Translations under genes and position numbers: made by a program
Origin: Eledone cirrhosa
Lineage: Eukaryota
DNA length: 64,000 bases
Assembly (NCBI GenBank): GCA_964016885.1
Contig: OZ024759.1
Coordinates: 10,540,001 to 10,604,000 of the forward strand
Reading direction: 5' to 3'
Shown here: positions 1 to 18,652 of the stretch, piece after piece
Numbering within the stretch: position 1 is the stretch's first letter
Layout: each line of letters begins with the position of its first letter
The notes under the pieces: model-generated
Databases searched by the model: none
Told to the model about the DNA's origin: nothing
The model's input: the letters and a program-made list of their open reading frames with translations, nothing else

Positions 1-672
1 ATATACGTGAACGGCAAAGCATAAACGAACTAAGGGAGAAATTAGAAATAAGAGGGATCAGATGTTGTTTACTCGAGGGAAGACTACGTTGGTATGGTCA
101 CGTGATGCGCATGAAAGACGACAGCTGTATAAAAAAGTGCAGGGCAATACAAATAGACGGTAGCCACGGAGTAGGCAGACCCAGAAAAACCTGGGACGAC
201 TTGATAAATTCCGACCTCACACACTTACACCTCTCCAAGACAATGTCACTGGACCGAGATCTTTGGTGCTACGCAGTAATACAGAAGACCTGCCTTACTT
301 AAGTGCAAAGTGAAACCTACTACAGTCAGTAGGCACTTCTAACAAAATACACCCCCGTCCCACTACCCCCACCCCTTTCAATGTAAAGTTATGTTGGTAC
401 CACAACATCCAGCCCGAAACAAATGAGGTCGTGTAGGTGTTACAACAAAAAAACACAGTCCATGCTGTAATGTGGCCGTGTAGGCAACATGGTAAAAACC
501 TCCCAGTCCACACTGTAAATGTGGTTGGTGTTAGGAAGGGCATCCCGCCGTAGAAAACCCGCCAGACAGTCCTATTCGAGCAAGACAACCACTCTTGCCT
601 CAAGTGGGAAAACTCCCGTCCAAACCCATGCTAGCGTGGAATATGGATGTTAAACGATGATGATGATGATGA
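1..672 (+). mobile_element. RTE LINE 3' fragment with (GAT)n tail
   Basis: RRLRWYGHVMRMKDDSCIKKC...GRPRKTW motif; 3' UTR shared with the 38.4-41.5 kb element and the 55 kb copy. Confidence 0.85.
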
Positions 673-734
673 TATATATATATAAATATATAAATATATA
701 TAAATATATATAAATATATATATATATAATATAA

Positions 735-765
<31 letters not shown>

Positions 766-770
766 AATAT

Positions 771-1445
771 AACAACTGATGCAGGTAGTTTGTTCCATGG
801 AGGCCTTAAAGGATGCAGTGTCTCGACAGCTAACAACTGATGCAGGTAGTTTGTTCCATGCTTCAGCAACTCTGAGCGTGAAAAAATGTTTCCGAAAGTC
901 ATGGGAACTGTGCTGTTTTCTGACTTTGTGGGCATGCCCACGTGTGTTAGACACATGGAAATCAAAAAGGTACTCAGGGTTGTTGTTGGCAACATGGTTA
1001 ACAATTTTGTGGGTGTTTACCAAGTCAGTTGCCAGGCGTCGGAGCTTCAATGTATCCATGCCCAGGGAAGCAAGGCGCTCAGAGTATGGTAGATGCCTGA
1101 TGGAGGGTATTCGCTTGGTTGCACGTCTCTGAACAGTTTCCAGGCGGTCAATGTTCTGAGCAAGATAGGGGTTCCAGACTGGTGATGCAAATTCTAAGTG
1201 TGGTCGCACCATAGCCATGTACAGCCTTAAATAGATATCTGGAGAACGGCTGACAAAGGTCTTGCTGAGTGATGCTAAGACACCCTCGGCCCTCTTGACA
1301 ATTTTAGAGACGTGCCTCGTCCAACGCAAATCGCTGCTGACCGTAATGCCCAGGTCACGTTCACAAGAAGACTTCTTGATATTAGTGCTGTGGAGGGAGT
1401 ATGTGGACGCTAGGTTTTTACTACCAAAATGCAAATTTAATGTAG
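771..1445 (-). mobile_element. CR1/L2-group LINE RT C-terminal fragment
   Basis: ERDLGITVSSDLRW...LYMAMVRPHLEFASPVWNPY...LETVQRRATK...FFTLRVAEAWNKLP. Confidence 0.85.
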
Positions 1446-1661
1446 AAATGGCTTTCACAGGACTAGAACTGTTTCATTAGAAGGAAATCCTCATCATCCT
1501 CATATATATATGTATGTATGTGTGTGTGTGTGCATGTGTGTGTGTGCATGCATACACACACTCTTAGAGAAGGTTGCTTGCTCTCTGCCAATTTTTCTGG
1601 TAGACATTTTTTGTTTTTTTTGCTTTCATTTACTCAACAGTGTCTTCGCTTGGCTGAAATT

Positions 1662-4620
1662 TTAATCCTTTAGCATTTAAACCGGTCGTATCTGGCCAGA
1701 ATGCTCTCACCTCTTTCTATTCAAACCAGCTGTAACCATCATACTGATGTTAAGATATTGTTCTCAAAATAAATAATATCAAGAGCTCATAGATTCGGTA
1801 GTATGTGAGATATTATGTGAGGTAAAGCCTTTACTGTGACAATACAATAGTATATATAGAGTAATGTATATGTTATGTGAGATATTATGTGAGGTAAAGC
1901 CTTTACTGTGACAATACAATAGTATATATAGAGTAATCTAAATGTTATGTGAGATATTATGTGAGGTAAAGTCTTTACTGTGACAATACAATAGTATATA
2001 TAGAGTAATCTAAATGTTATGTGAGGTATTATGTGAGGTAAAGCCTTTACTGTGACAATACAATAGTATATATAGAGTAATGTAAATGTTATGTGAGATA
2101 TTATGTGAGGTAAAGCCTTTACTGTGACAATACAATAGTATATATAGAGTAATGTAAATGTTATGTGAGGTATTATGTGAGGTAAAGCCTTTACTGTGAC
2201 AATACAATAGTATATATAGAGTAATCTAAATGTTATGTGAGGTATTATGTGAGGTAAAGTCTTTACTGTGACAATACAATAGTATATATAGAGTAATCTA
2301 AATGTTATGTGAGGTATTATGTGAGGTAAAGCCTTTACTGTGAAAATACAATAGTATATATAGAGTAATCTAAATGTTATGTGAGGTATTATGTGAGGTA
2401 AAGCCTTTACTGTGACAATACAATAGTATATATAGAGTAATCTAAATGTTATGTGAGGTATTATGTGAGGTAAAGCCTTTACTGTGACAATACAATAGTA
2501 TATATAGAGTAATCTAAATGTTATGTGAGGTATTATGTGAGGTAAAGCCTTTACTGTGAAAATACAATAGTATATATAGAGTAATCTAAATGTTATGTGA
2601 GGTATTATGTGAGGTAAAGTCTTTACTGTGACAATACAATAGTATATATAGAGTAATGTAAATGTTATGTGAGATATTATGTGAGGTAAAGCCTTTACTG
2701 TGACAATACAATAGTATATATAGAGTAATCTAAATGTTATGTGAGGTATTATGTGAGGTAAAGCCTTTACTGTGAAAATACAATAGTATATATAGAGTAA
2801 TGTAAATGTTATGTGAGATATTATGTGAGATAAAGCCTTTACTGTGACAATACAATAGTATATATAGAGTAATGTAAATGTTATGTGAGATATTATGTGA
2901 GGTAAAGCCTTTACTGTGACAATACAATAGTATATATAGAGTAATGTAAATGTTATGTGAGATATTATGTGAGGTAAAGCCTTTACTGTGACAATACAAT
3001 AGTATATATAGAGTAATGTAAATGTTATGCGAGATATTATGTGAGATAAAGCCTTTACTGTGACAATACAATAGTATATATAGAGTAATGTAAATGTTAT
3101 GTGAGATATTATGTGAGGTAAAGCCTTTACTGTGACAATACAATAGTATATATAGAGTAATCTAAATGTTATGTGAGGTATTATGTGAGGTAAAGCCTTT
3201 ACTGTGACAATACAATAGTATATATAGAGTAATGTAAATGTTATGTGAGATATTATGTGAGGTAAAGCCTTTACTGTGACAATACAATAGTATATATAGA
3301 GTAATGTAAATGTTATGTGAGATATTATGTGAGGTAAAGCCTTTACTGTGACAATACAATAGTATATATAGAGTAATCTAAATGTTATGTGAGGTATTAT
3401 GTGAGGTAAAGCCTTTACTGTGACAATACAATAGTATATATAGAGTAATCTAAATGTTATGTGAGATATTATGTGAGGTAAAGCCTTTACTGTGACAATA
3501 CAATAGTATATATAGAGTAATGTAAATGTTATGTGAGATATTATGTGAGGTAAAGCCTTTACTGTGACAATACAATAGTATATATAGAGTAATGTAAATG
3601 TTATGTGAGATATTATGTGAGGTAAAGCCTTTACTGTGACAATACAATAGTATATATAGAGTAATGTAAATGTTATGTGAGATATTATGTGAGGTAAAGC
3701 CTTTACTGTGACAATACAATAGTATATATAGAGTAATGTAAATGTTATGTGAGGTATTATGTGAGGTAAAGCCTTTACTGTGACAATACAATAGTATATA
3801 TAGAGTAATGTAAATGTTATGTGAGATATTATGTGAGGTAAAGCCTTTACTGTGACAATACAATAGTATATATAGAGTAATGTAAATGTTATGTGAGATA
3901 TTATGTGAGGTAAAGCCTTTACTGTGACAATACAATAGTATATATAGAGTAATGTAAATGTTATGTGAGATATTATGTGAGGTAAAGCCTTTACTGTGAC
4001 AATACAATAGTATATATAGAGTAATGTAAATGTTATGTGAGATATTATGTGAGGTAAAGCCTTTACTGTGACAATACAATAGTATATATAGAGTAATGTA
4101 AATGTTATGTGAGATATTATGTGAGGTAAAGCCTTTACTGTGACAATACAATAGTATATATAGAGTAATGTAAATGTTATGTGAGATATTATGTGAGGTA
4201 AAGCCTTTACTGTGACAATACAATAGTATATATAGAGTAATGTAAATGTTATGTGAGATATTATGTGAGGTAAAGCCTTTACTGTGACAATATAATAGTA
4301 TATATAGAGTAATGTAAATGTTATGTGAGATATTATGTGAGGTAAAGCCTTTACTGTGACAATACAATAGTATATATAGAGTAATGTATATGTTATGTGA
4401 GATATTATGTGAGGTAAAGCCTTTACTGTGACAATACAATAGTATATATAGAGTAATGTAAATGTTATGTGAGATATTATGTGAGGTAAAGCCTTTACTG
4501 TGACAATACAATAGTATATATAGAGTAATGTAAATGTTATGTGAGATATTATGTGAGGTAAAGCCTTTACTGTGACAATACAATAGTATATATAGAGTAA
4601 TGTAAATGGTAAAGGGTTAA
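1662..4620. mobile_element. piggyBac-type non-autonomous element (TTAA-flanked) with internal 72-bp array
   Basis: ttaa-tcctttagcattta ... taaatggtaaaggg-ttaa terminal inverted repeats; related copies at 15512-15924 and 16480-16995. Confidence 0.7.
1803..4608. repeat. 72-bp minisatellite, about 39 copies
   Basis: Unit ttatgtgaggtaaagcctttactgtgacaatacaatagtatatatagagtaatgtaaatgttatgtgagata; source of the spurious 949-aa ORF. Confidence 0.97.
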
Positions 4621-4928
4621 GAAGCTCACTTTGCAACCATTAGGTACCAGGATCAATCCCTCAGTGTCACATCTTGGGCAAGTCACATTTACCATGGCTT
4701 TGGGTTGACCCATCCTTTGTTGGTTAAATTGGGTAAACAGGGAGCATGGACTCCTCTACATGTGATTCAAAGCACCAGTCTTTGAATTACAGGTCCAGTG
4801 TCAAGCTGAATCTCACTGATAATTTAGTTAGCGGTACACGTGTCTGTGGAATTGTCAGGAACTTGTAATGTAACAAAAGACGAGCTGTACCTATAATTCA
4901 AAAGTCCAACCTTGCTACACACTGTGTC

Positions 4929-4973
<45 letters not shown>

Positions 4974-5075
4974 CATACATCTATATATATATATGTATAT
5001 ACACACACACACACACTCATATATATATATTGTTTTACTTTTGGAGAGTCATATTGTTGTAATAATATTGCCAGA

Positions 5076-5520
5076 ATCTGGATAGACCAGGTAGCTGCAG
5101 GTAGGCCGTACGTGTGGCAGCAAGACTCAGCACCCTGCCATACCAGCCGAAAGACCCAAGCCTGGCTGTCAGAGAACTTCGTCGACCACACTTCACCTGA
5201 CATCTGGCCTCCCAGCTCGCCTGACTGCAACCCCCTCGACTTCTTTGTGTGGGGTGCAGTGGAACGAGACACCAACAGATCTAGCTGCAATATGAAAGAC
5301 GATCTGAAGGCCAGGATCACAAGTGCCTTTAGGGGCCTAAGTCGGGGGACAGTGACGAATGCCTGTAGCCAGTTACGAAGCCGCCTTGAGGCCGTCATCA
5401 AAGCCAATGGCGGGTTTATCGAGTGAGATCGAAAGAACAAGTCATGAAGACAAACTGACCCAAGTTTGATAAATATATCTTAAAAAATAAAACTACTGTG
5501 TTATTTTTTCATAGACAGTA
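5076..5520 (+). mobile_element. maT (DD37D) Tc1/mariner transposase C-terminal fragment
   Basis: WQQDSAPCH...WPPSSPDCNPLD; 37 residues between the second and third catalytic D. Confidence 0.85.
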
Positions 5521-5790
5521 ATCAGACCACTGCCACAGTCAGTCCCTTACCACAGTTGATTAGTTCTTAAGTTATTGATGAGAGGAAGATCAATAGCAAA
5601 GGTGACCTCAGCAGGATTTCAACTCAGAATACATGGATGATGATTGTGGGGCGAAGAAGTACCAAGAAATCCCAGTGGAAGGAAGCCGCGGTGGAGGAAG
5701 ACCTGGACAGAAGTGATTAGAGCTGATCTCAAACTACTGAGATTCACAAAGGAGATGATGAAAGAACATGGCGAGTGGAAAGATCCTGGG

Positions 5791-7723
5791 CTGAGAAGGA
5801 CTTGTCCAACCCATGCCAGGAACACAATCAGGGGAGAGATGCTGTACTGAGAAGGACCTGTCCAACCCATGCCAGGAACACAATCAGGGGAGAGATGCTG
5901 TACTGAGAAGGACCTGTCCAACCCATGCCAGGAACACAATCAGTGGAGAGATGCTGTACTGAGAAGGACCTGTCCAACCCATGCCAGGAACACAATCAGG
6001 GGAGAGATGCTGTACTGAGAAGGACCTGTCCAACCCCTGCCAGGAACACAATCAGTGGAGAGATGCTGTACTGAGAAGGACCTGTCCAACCCATGCCAGG
6101 AACACAATCAGGGGAGAGATGCTGTACTGAGAAGGACCTGTCCAACCCATGCCAGGAACACAATCAGGGGAGAGATGCTGTGCTGAGAAGGACCTGTCCA
6201 ACCCATGCCTGGAACACAATCAGGAGAGAGATGCTGTGCTGAGAAGGACCTGTCCAACCCATGCCTGGAACACAATCAGGGGAGAGATGCTGTACTGAGA
6301 AGGACCTGTCCAACCCATGCCAGGAACAAAATCAGGGGAGAGATGCTGTACTGAGAAGGACCTGTCCAACCCATGCCAGGAACACAATCAGGGGAGAGAT
6401 GCTGTACTGAGAAGGACCTGTCCAACCCATGTCAGGAACACAATCAGGGGAGAGATGCTGTACTGAGAAGGACCTGTCCAACCCATGTCAGGAACACAAT
6501 CAGGGGAGAGATGCTGTACTGAGAAGGACCTGTCCAACCCATGTCAGGAACACAATCAGGGGAGAGATGCTGTACTGAGAAGGACCTGTCCAACCCATGT
6601 CAGGAACACAATCAGGGGAGAGATGCTGTACTGAGAAGGACCTGTCCAACCCATGTCAGGAACACAATCAGGGGAGAGATGCTGTACTGAGAAGGACCTG
6701 TCCAACCCATGCCTGGAACACAATCAGGAGAGAGATGCTGTGCTGAGAAGGACCTGTCCAACCCATGCCTGGAACACAATCAGGGGAGAGATGCTGTACT
6801 GAGAAGGACCTGTCCAACCCATGCCAGGAACACAATCAGGGGAGAGATGCTGTACTGAGAAGGACCTGTCCAACCCATGCCAGGAACACAATCAGGGGAG
6901 AGATGCTGTACTGAGAAGGACCTGTCCAACCCATGCCAGGAACACAATCAGGGGAGAGATGCTGTACTGAGAAGGACCTGTCCAACCCATGCCAGGAACA
7001 CAATCAGGGGAGAGATGCTGTACTGAGAAGGACCTGTCCAACCCATGCCAGGAACACAACCAGGGGAGAGATGCTGTGCTGAGAAGGACCTGTCCAACCC
7101 ATGCCTGGAACACAATCAGGGGAGAGATGCTGTACTGAGAAGGACCTGTCCAGCCCATGCCAGGAACACAACCAGGGGAGAGATGCTGTACTGAGAAGGA
7201 CCTGTCCAACCCCTGCCAGGAACACAACCAGGGGAGAGATGCTGTACTGAGAAGGACCTGTCCAACCCCTGCCAGGAACACAACCAGGGGAGAGATGCTG
7301 TACTGAGAAGGACCTGTCCAACCCCTGCCAGGAACACAACCAGGGGAGAGATGCTGTACTGAGAAGGACCTGTCCAACCCATGCCAGCAACACAACCAGG
7401 GGAGAGATGCTGTACTGAGAAGGACCTGTTCAACCCATGCCAGGAACACAATCAGTGGAGAGATGCTGTACTGAGAAGGACCTGTCCAACCCATGCCAGG
7501 AACACAATCAGTGGAGAGATGCTGTACTGAGAAGGACCTGTCCAACCCATGCCAGGAACACAATCAGTGGAGAGATGCTGTACTGAGAAGGACCTGTCCA
7601 ACCCATGCCAGGAACACAATCAGGAGAGAGATGCTGTGCTGAGGAGGACCTGTCCAACCGATGCCAGGAACACAATCAGGGGAGAGATGCTGTACTGAGA
7701 AGGACCTGTCCAACCCATGCCAG
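5791..7723. repeat. 56-bp minisatellite (about 34 copies) derived from an RTE 3' end
   Basis: Follows GRKPRWRKTWTEVIRADL; the last unit runs into the RTE terminus aacccatgccagcgtggaaaa...(gat)n. Confidence 0.93.
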
Positions 7724-8747
7724 CGTGGAAAAACAGACATTATGATGATGATGAATACAAGGGTCTCGAAGAAATACTGTAAAAGGACAAGCAGCCATAG
7801 ACAACCTGCCAAAAGGCCAGGAAGACTTTTCGGTTGTGTGAAAAACATGACGACCTCACTGCTGCAGGTCATCTTCATGATAAATACACCTAGTTCACTC
7901 TGTAAAGTGGTTAGCGATAGGAAAGGCATCCAGCCATAAAAAAACAAACCTGCCTACCAAACTAAGGGTGAAGAGGACACTTCAGTTATATGAAAGACAA
8001 GACATTGGTCATTTCTAATGGTGAATGATCCATTTGTTTCAACAAAACAGGCTGCTCGTGAAATTTGAATTATGGGATAGATAAGGACTCCACAAGCCGT
8101 AGTGAAGGCAACCTGTCTAGGAAAACAGTCACTCTGAATTAAAACTGATACAGAGAGGACCCTTAACTCCTGGCAAACAACTTCTCCAGTGTTAGTGGCA
8201 TGATAAAATATACCCAGTCAACCATGACATAACCAGCACAACAGGACCGACTCATCTTTTTCTTTTTTCCCAGTCAAGTGGATTGAAGCAACATGAAATA
8301 AAATGCCTTGCTCAAGAACACAGCAGAAAATATTCCACAGACATATGTACGTTTAAAATGTTTCTCAGGGAGATTCAGTGTGACACAGAATGTGACAAAG
8401 TTAACCTTTCAAAGCACAGGCACAACTCATTCTTTTCCCAGTTGAGTGGACAGGGGCAAAGTGAAATAAAGTGTCTTGGTCAAGGATACAATGGACTGGA
8501 GCAAAGTGAAATAAAGTGTCTTGCTCAAGGACACAATTTACCGCCCTGATACTTTACAATCATCAATGAGGCAGCCTAACCACACATCTATATTCCTTGT
8601 ACAGGATACACAATGGTTAACGCTCATATATCAACACTAATATTAAAACAATCAGATTTAACATAAAAATACATTTTAATCAATTGATTTCATTTGATTT
8701 TAATCAATAGGGATTATTGGTTTTTCTGGTTTTCATATTTAAATGTC

Positions 8748-12877
<4,130 letters not shown>

Positions 12878-13326
12878 TACTGGTCAACAAGAAAAACAAG
12901 TACTCTATAGTAGAGCTAATAGTTATTCATGATTTGTTCACACAACACGTCACCATCAGCTACCAATGGTTTCATGGTCTAACAGACCATGATATGATAT
13001 GCAAATATTAATCTGTAGAAGCTATTGGTTAATACTTGTATATTATGTAAGGCCTGTTAGACCATGAAACCACTGGTAGCTGACAGTGTGTTATTGTGTG
13101 TACAAATAATAAATATATATATATATGTGTGTGTATGTATGTGCACGCATGTGTATGTAGTATATACATGTATATATGTATGAGTTATCAGATCACAGTC
13201 CAACTTCATAGTTAATTGTTTTCAATCGACACTATGAACAATTATTGATTTCATTTTTGTCTATTCTTTTTTTATACATATGTTTTTAAGTACATTAAGG
13301 CCGAATATAAAACTGACCAGCGGCTA

Positions 13327-14270
13327 TCATTTCAGGTTTAACACCTCAAGCATTAATGGTTCGATCTGTGTAGGGTTGACCTGTAATAGAATCTTAGAAT
13401 GCTCCTCGCTGAGGTCTTTCAAGTCAGCGAGTTTCTGTAGCAGGAATGGTAACATTTCTTTCGCATAGCTGAAAGAAAACTCAGACTCCAAGTAATGTTT
13501 TAAAAGTGTGATGTAATGGTCTTGGATGTCAGAGATCAAAGTCCGACTACCGAGGTTCGGTCCCTCGGGGTTGAAGATAATTATTAGCTGTAGCAGCGTC
13601 ATTATTTCATGGTTGTCTTGTACAATGTATTTCATACTGCGGCAGTATCGAGTGTGTGAATCATGAAGGTTGAAATAACCTGTCACCTCTTTTAAAATCT
13701 TTGTTGGCACTTCACCCTTCGTCGTCAGCCATGCATCCTTCTCGTAGGAGTAGAACGCCACCGACCGCAATAGAATCGTACTGAGGACACAAGCTTTCAA
13801 CGTTGCTATTTGATCCTCTTGGCTCAAACGCATAAAGTCATCGAGACGTTTGACAAACTTGATCAAACGTCTGACAGCGATTTCTGAATTGTTCACCAAC
13901 TGGTTGATGGTGGAGTAATTAGACTTTTCACTGTGATAAGAATCCACTTGAGAAGCTAACGTCGATTCATATAACATCGTTAACTCCTTAATAAACACGG
14001 TTTCGTTCTCGGTTAGTTTGCGATACATATCTCTCTCTTTCGGTAGAGCCGTTAAATCCACTTTGAGGGCGATGGGGTCATTAGAAGCTGTGGTAGGTGT
14101 TGGGGAGTTGTCACTGAAGTTACTCATTGGTGTATTGCTCATCAAATCTGACCAATCAGAACAGGCCTCCTGATCAGATGACGTCACTTCTTCCCGACTT
14201 TTACCACCTGATTGCCGTTTTTGTCGATTTTCTAACACTTTAGCCATTCTAGCTTTCCGCTCTGTTTCAT
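13327..14270 (-). CDS. HR96: NR1J/HR96-like nuclear receptor, hinge + ligand-binding-domain exon with stop
   Basis: tttgcttcAG|AT GAA continues phase 1 (DETERKARMAKV). LBD signature LIKFVKRLDDFMRLSQEDQIATLK; HR96-type C-terminus IEPLMLEVLNLK; TGA at 13329-13327. Confidence 0.93.
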
Positions 14271-14322
14271 CTGAAGCAAAGATAAAAACAGAACCAAGAT
14301 AAAAACGAAAAACACAATTTAT

Positions 14323-15260
14323 TTAACCCTTTCATTAACATATTTCTAATGAAAGACACTGTCTATGTCATTAATCCTTTCATTGCCATAGTTCTAATGA
14401 AAGACACTGTCTATGTCATTAACCCTTTCATTACCATATTTCTAATGAAAGACACTGTCTATGTCATTAACCCTTTCATTACCATATTTCTAATGAAAGA
14501 CACTGTCTATGTCATTAACCCTTTCATTGCCATATTTCTAATGAAAGACACTGTCTATGTCATTAACCCTTCCATTACCATATTTCTAATGAAAGACACT
14601 GTCTATCTCATTAACCCTTTCATTACCATATTTCTAATGAAAGACACTATATATGTCATTAACCCTTCCATTACCATATTTCTAATGAAAGACACTGTCT
14701 ATGTCATTAACCCTTTCATTACCATATTTCTAATGAAAGACACTGTCTATGTCATTAACCCTTTCATTACCATAGTTCTAATGAAAGACACTGTCTATGT
14801 CATCAACCCTTTCATTACCATATTTCTGATGAAAGACACTGTCTATGTCATTAACCCTTTCATTGCCATATTTCTAATGAAAGACACTACCAATGTCATT
14901 AACCATTTCATTACCATATTTCTAATGAAAGACACTGTCTATGTCATTAACCCTTCCATTACCATATTTCTAATGAAAGACACTGTCTATGTCATTAACC
15001 CTTCCATTACCATATTTCTAATGAAAGACACTGTCTATGTCATTAACCCTTCCATTACCATATTTCTAATGAAAGACACTGTCTATGTGATTAACCCTTT
15101 CATTACCATATTTCTAATGAAAGACACGGTCTATGTCATTAACCCTTTCATTAACATATTTCTAATGAAAGACACTATCTATGTCATTAACCCTTTCATT
15201 AACATATTTCTAATGAAAGACACTGTCTATGTCATTAACCCTTCCATTACCATATTTCTA
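14323..15260. repeat. 42-bp minisatellite (about 22 copies) built from a TTAACCC-type transposon end
   Basis: Unit ttaaccctttcattaccatatttctaatgaaagacactgtctatgtca-like; element body continues to about 15495; related element at about 62678-63525. Confidence 0.9.
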
Positions 15261-15511
15261 ACATAAGACAGTGCATATGGATTTCAAATAATTTTGAAAT
15301 AAAATTTGAAGGATTTCATGAAACAATTTTTTTATTCTTAAGTTGGTGTTTGGAACATATATAATATAATTTCTTAAAATAAAATTGATGGAAGGTTTTA
15401 ATCTAAATATGAACACTTTAAAATAAAATAGTTTTATGATAGATTTGTATAATAAGGCCAGGGGTGGTTTCAGGCAGTTTGATATTAAAGGGGTTGAAGT
15501 CATTTTCTTTG

Positions 15512-15924
15512 TTAACCCTTTAGCATTTAAACCAGCCGTATCCATCCAGAATTCTCTCACCTCTTTCTGTTCAAGCTGTAAGTAGCTGCTCATACTGATA
15601 TTAAGGTATTGTTCTCAAAATAAATAATATCAAATCTTAAATTCAATATTATGTTAATTGGCAGTATCGGGAGAGGGTCTGACGCCATGCTGGCAGCAAA
15701 GAGTTACGGCCCTTTATGGTCTGAGTTCAAATCCCGTCGAGGTTAACTTTGCCTTTCATCCTTACAGGGCTGATAAAATAAAGTACCAGTAATATACTGG
15801 GATAATTGCTGGCCTTGTTCCAAAAAGTAGAAACCAATATTATGTGAGATAATTATGTGAGGTAAAGCCTTTACCAGGAAAATACAACAGTAAATATAGA
15901 GTAATGTAAATGCTAAAGGGTTAA
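15512..15924. mobile_element. piggyBac-type MITE (about one 72-bp unit) with nested SINE
   Basis: ttaa-ccctttagcattta...taaatgctaaaggg-ttaa; SINE family B inserted at about 15657-15838. Confidence 0.75.
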
Positions 15925-16479
15925 AGCATGTTAGCTTTGCAGGTTTCACATTATTCAGCTGAATACCCTAACCAGTGACCTTATTTTATCTAAGACAGTT
16001 GAGTAAAGTTTTCCAAATGTTTCACATAATCAATACACTTTTTAGAAAATATAATTTTTTCATGGCTCATTAATCAGTTGTTGCTAATGATTTGAAGGAA
16101 TGTTTATGTTTTTGTTTTGTAAGATTCTTGATGGGAAATTGTGTGTTGAAACAGATGTTATAAAGTTTACTTTGAAAGAGTGAGTGAAGTTTGTAATTTG
16201 TTAGAAATAGAAGCTTTTGCCATAGTTTTTACTAAAGAAATTTTAGCCTGATAGTGGGGTTTAGAACCTTCTAAAAAGGATGAGTATTGATGACCCCACT
16301 ATCAGGCTAAAATTTCTTTAGTAAAATTATGGGGAAAGCTTCTATTTCTAACAGATATTGTTATATCTGGGGGTAGCCATGTTGCCAGTATTGCCAATAA
16401 AAAGAAACACATACACCATATGGCTTTTGCCTTATTACTAGTTATTGTTTCAATATCTTGATGGAGCAACAAATTATCT

Positions 16480-16995
16480 CACATTACTCTATATATACTA
16501 TTGTATTTTCACAGTAAAGACTTTTCCTCACATAATATCTCACATAACATTTACCTTACTCTATATATACTATTGTATTTTCACAGTAAAGGCTTTACTT
16601 CACATAATATCTCACATAACATTTACTTTACTCTATATATACTATTGTATTTTCACAGTAAAGGCTTTACCTCACATAATATCTCACATAACATTTACCT
16701 TACTCTATATATACTATTGTATTTTCACAGTAAAGGCTTTTCCTCACATAATATCTCACATAACATATACCTTACTCTATATATACTATTGTATTTTCAC
16801 AGTAAAGGCTTTACCTCACATAATATCTCACATAACATTTACATTACTCTATATATACTATTGTATTTTCACAGTAAAGGCTTTACCTCACATAATATCG
16901 AATCTATGAGATTTGGACATTATTAATTTTGAGAAGAATACCTTAATGTCGGTTTGAGGGGCTTTTTATGGTCAGTTTAAATGCTAAAGGGTTAA
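16480..16995. mobile_element. Inverted copy of the same MITE with about 6 x 72-bp units
   Basis: Reverse complement of the 72-bp unit; ends aatgctaaaggg-ttaa. Confidence 0.8.
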
Positions 16996-17289
16996 GACCA
17001 GAAAGAGGAGGAGGCACAAAAAAAGAAAAAATAATCATTGAGGAAGTCACAGAGTGTGACAAAAGAACTTTGGTGAACTAAACAGATAACTCATCATAAA
17101 GATGAAGTGAACATCATATCGTGTATGTGTTACTTTTTTTGGCAATACTAGCAACACGACCATCATTAAACATCCATCTTCCACGCTGGCATGGGTAGGA
17201 CGGGCTGGTCCTTAGGGAGAAAATCAGATCTGAGGACTATGTTTCGGGGCTGATTTTGGTATTGGTTTGCCCTTCCTAATGACAACAAT

Positions 17290-18105
17290 ATTTACAATGT
17301 TTGCTGGGTGCTTTTGTCATGACACTTTCATGACCACTTTACAGTGTGGACTGGGTGCTCTTGTCATGACATCTACATGACCACTTTACAGTGTGGACTG
17401 GGTGCTATTGTCAGGACACCTACATGACCACTTAAAAGTGTGGACTGGGTGCTATTGTCGTGACACCTACATGACCACTTTACAGTGAGGACTGGGTGCT
17501 ATTGTCAGGGCACCTACATGACCACTTAAAAGTGTGGACTGGGTGCTATTGTCATGACACCTACATGACAACTTTACAGTGTGGACTGGGTGCTATTGTC
17601 ATGACACCTACATGACCACTATACAGTGTGGACTGGGTGCTTTTTGTTGTGACACATACATGACCACTTTACAGTGTGGACTGGGTGCTTTTGTCATGAC
17701 ACCTACATGACTACTTTACAGTGTGGACTGGATGCTATTGTCATGACACCTACATGACCACTTTACAGTGTAGACTGGGTGCTATTGTCATGACACCTAC
17801 ACGACCACTTTACAGTGTGTACTGGGTATTTTTTGTCGTGACACCTACATGACCACTTTACAGTGTAGACTGGGTGCTATTGTCATGACACCTACATGAC
17901 CACTTTACAGTGTAGACTGGGTGCTATTGTCATGACACCTACATGACCACTTTACAGTGTGGACTGGGTGCTTTTTGTTGTGACACATACATGACCACTT
18001 TACAGTGAGGACTGGGTGCTTTTGTCATGACACCTACATGACCACTTTACAGTGAGGACTGGGTGCTTTTGTCATGACACCTACATGACCACTTTACAGT
18101 GAGGG
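17290..18105. repeat. 47-bp minisatellite (about 17 copies) derived from the RTE 3' UTR
   Basis: catgaccactttacagtgtggactgggtgctattgtcatgacaccta; antisense to the RTE tail motif cacccagtccacactgtaaagtgg. Confidence 0.9.
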
Positions 18106-18450
18106 CTGCACACTTTTGTCGTAGCTCCAGGGGTCGGGGACACTTCATGGTGTGGGACGGGAACTAGGGAGGGTGGGAGAGAGAAGCTTGGGGAAATTAA
18201 GGATGTTGGTCATAGGGGAGGGATGGTCACAGCGAAGGAGGTGTATGGGAGGGGAGGTAGCAGAGGGAAGTGGTGCCTATTAGATATATGTCTCAGCTCA
18301 AGCATATGGGAGGGCGGATCTTCTGTACTACTGTAGTACTGCAGTACTACAGATGATCCGCCCTCCCATAGTGCCAGAGAATAAAGATATGAAGGAAATT
18401 TATGAAGGAAAATATGAAGGAAAATTCTAAATAGAAAGAGGATACTGTAC

Positions 18451-18568
18451 CTAAGATCATGTCCTTCTTCATCCCAACGGAAAAACATTTCTGTAAACGA
18501 CAATGGGGGCAGAACCTACGTGTTCGGACATCTATCACACAGTTTCCTTGGAACAAACACCGAGTCGG
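18451..18568 (-). CDS. HR96: NR1J/HR96-like nuclear receptor, zinc finger 2 exon
   Basis: tattacAG|CCG...TTA G|GTACAG, 118 nt, phase 0 to phase 1. Encodes PTRCLFQGNCVIDVRTRRFCPHCRLQKCFSVGMKKDMIL. Confidence 0.93.
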
Positions 18569-18652
18569 CTGTAATACACAGTAGTGGTGATAGTGATATA
18601 TGTATATATAGTAATAATATATGTATATATGTATATATATATAGTAATAATT

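Noticed and set aside
1787-4636. 949-aa ORF
   Set aside because: Translation of a 72-bp minisatellite inside a MITE; no protein features.
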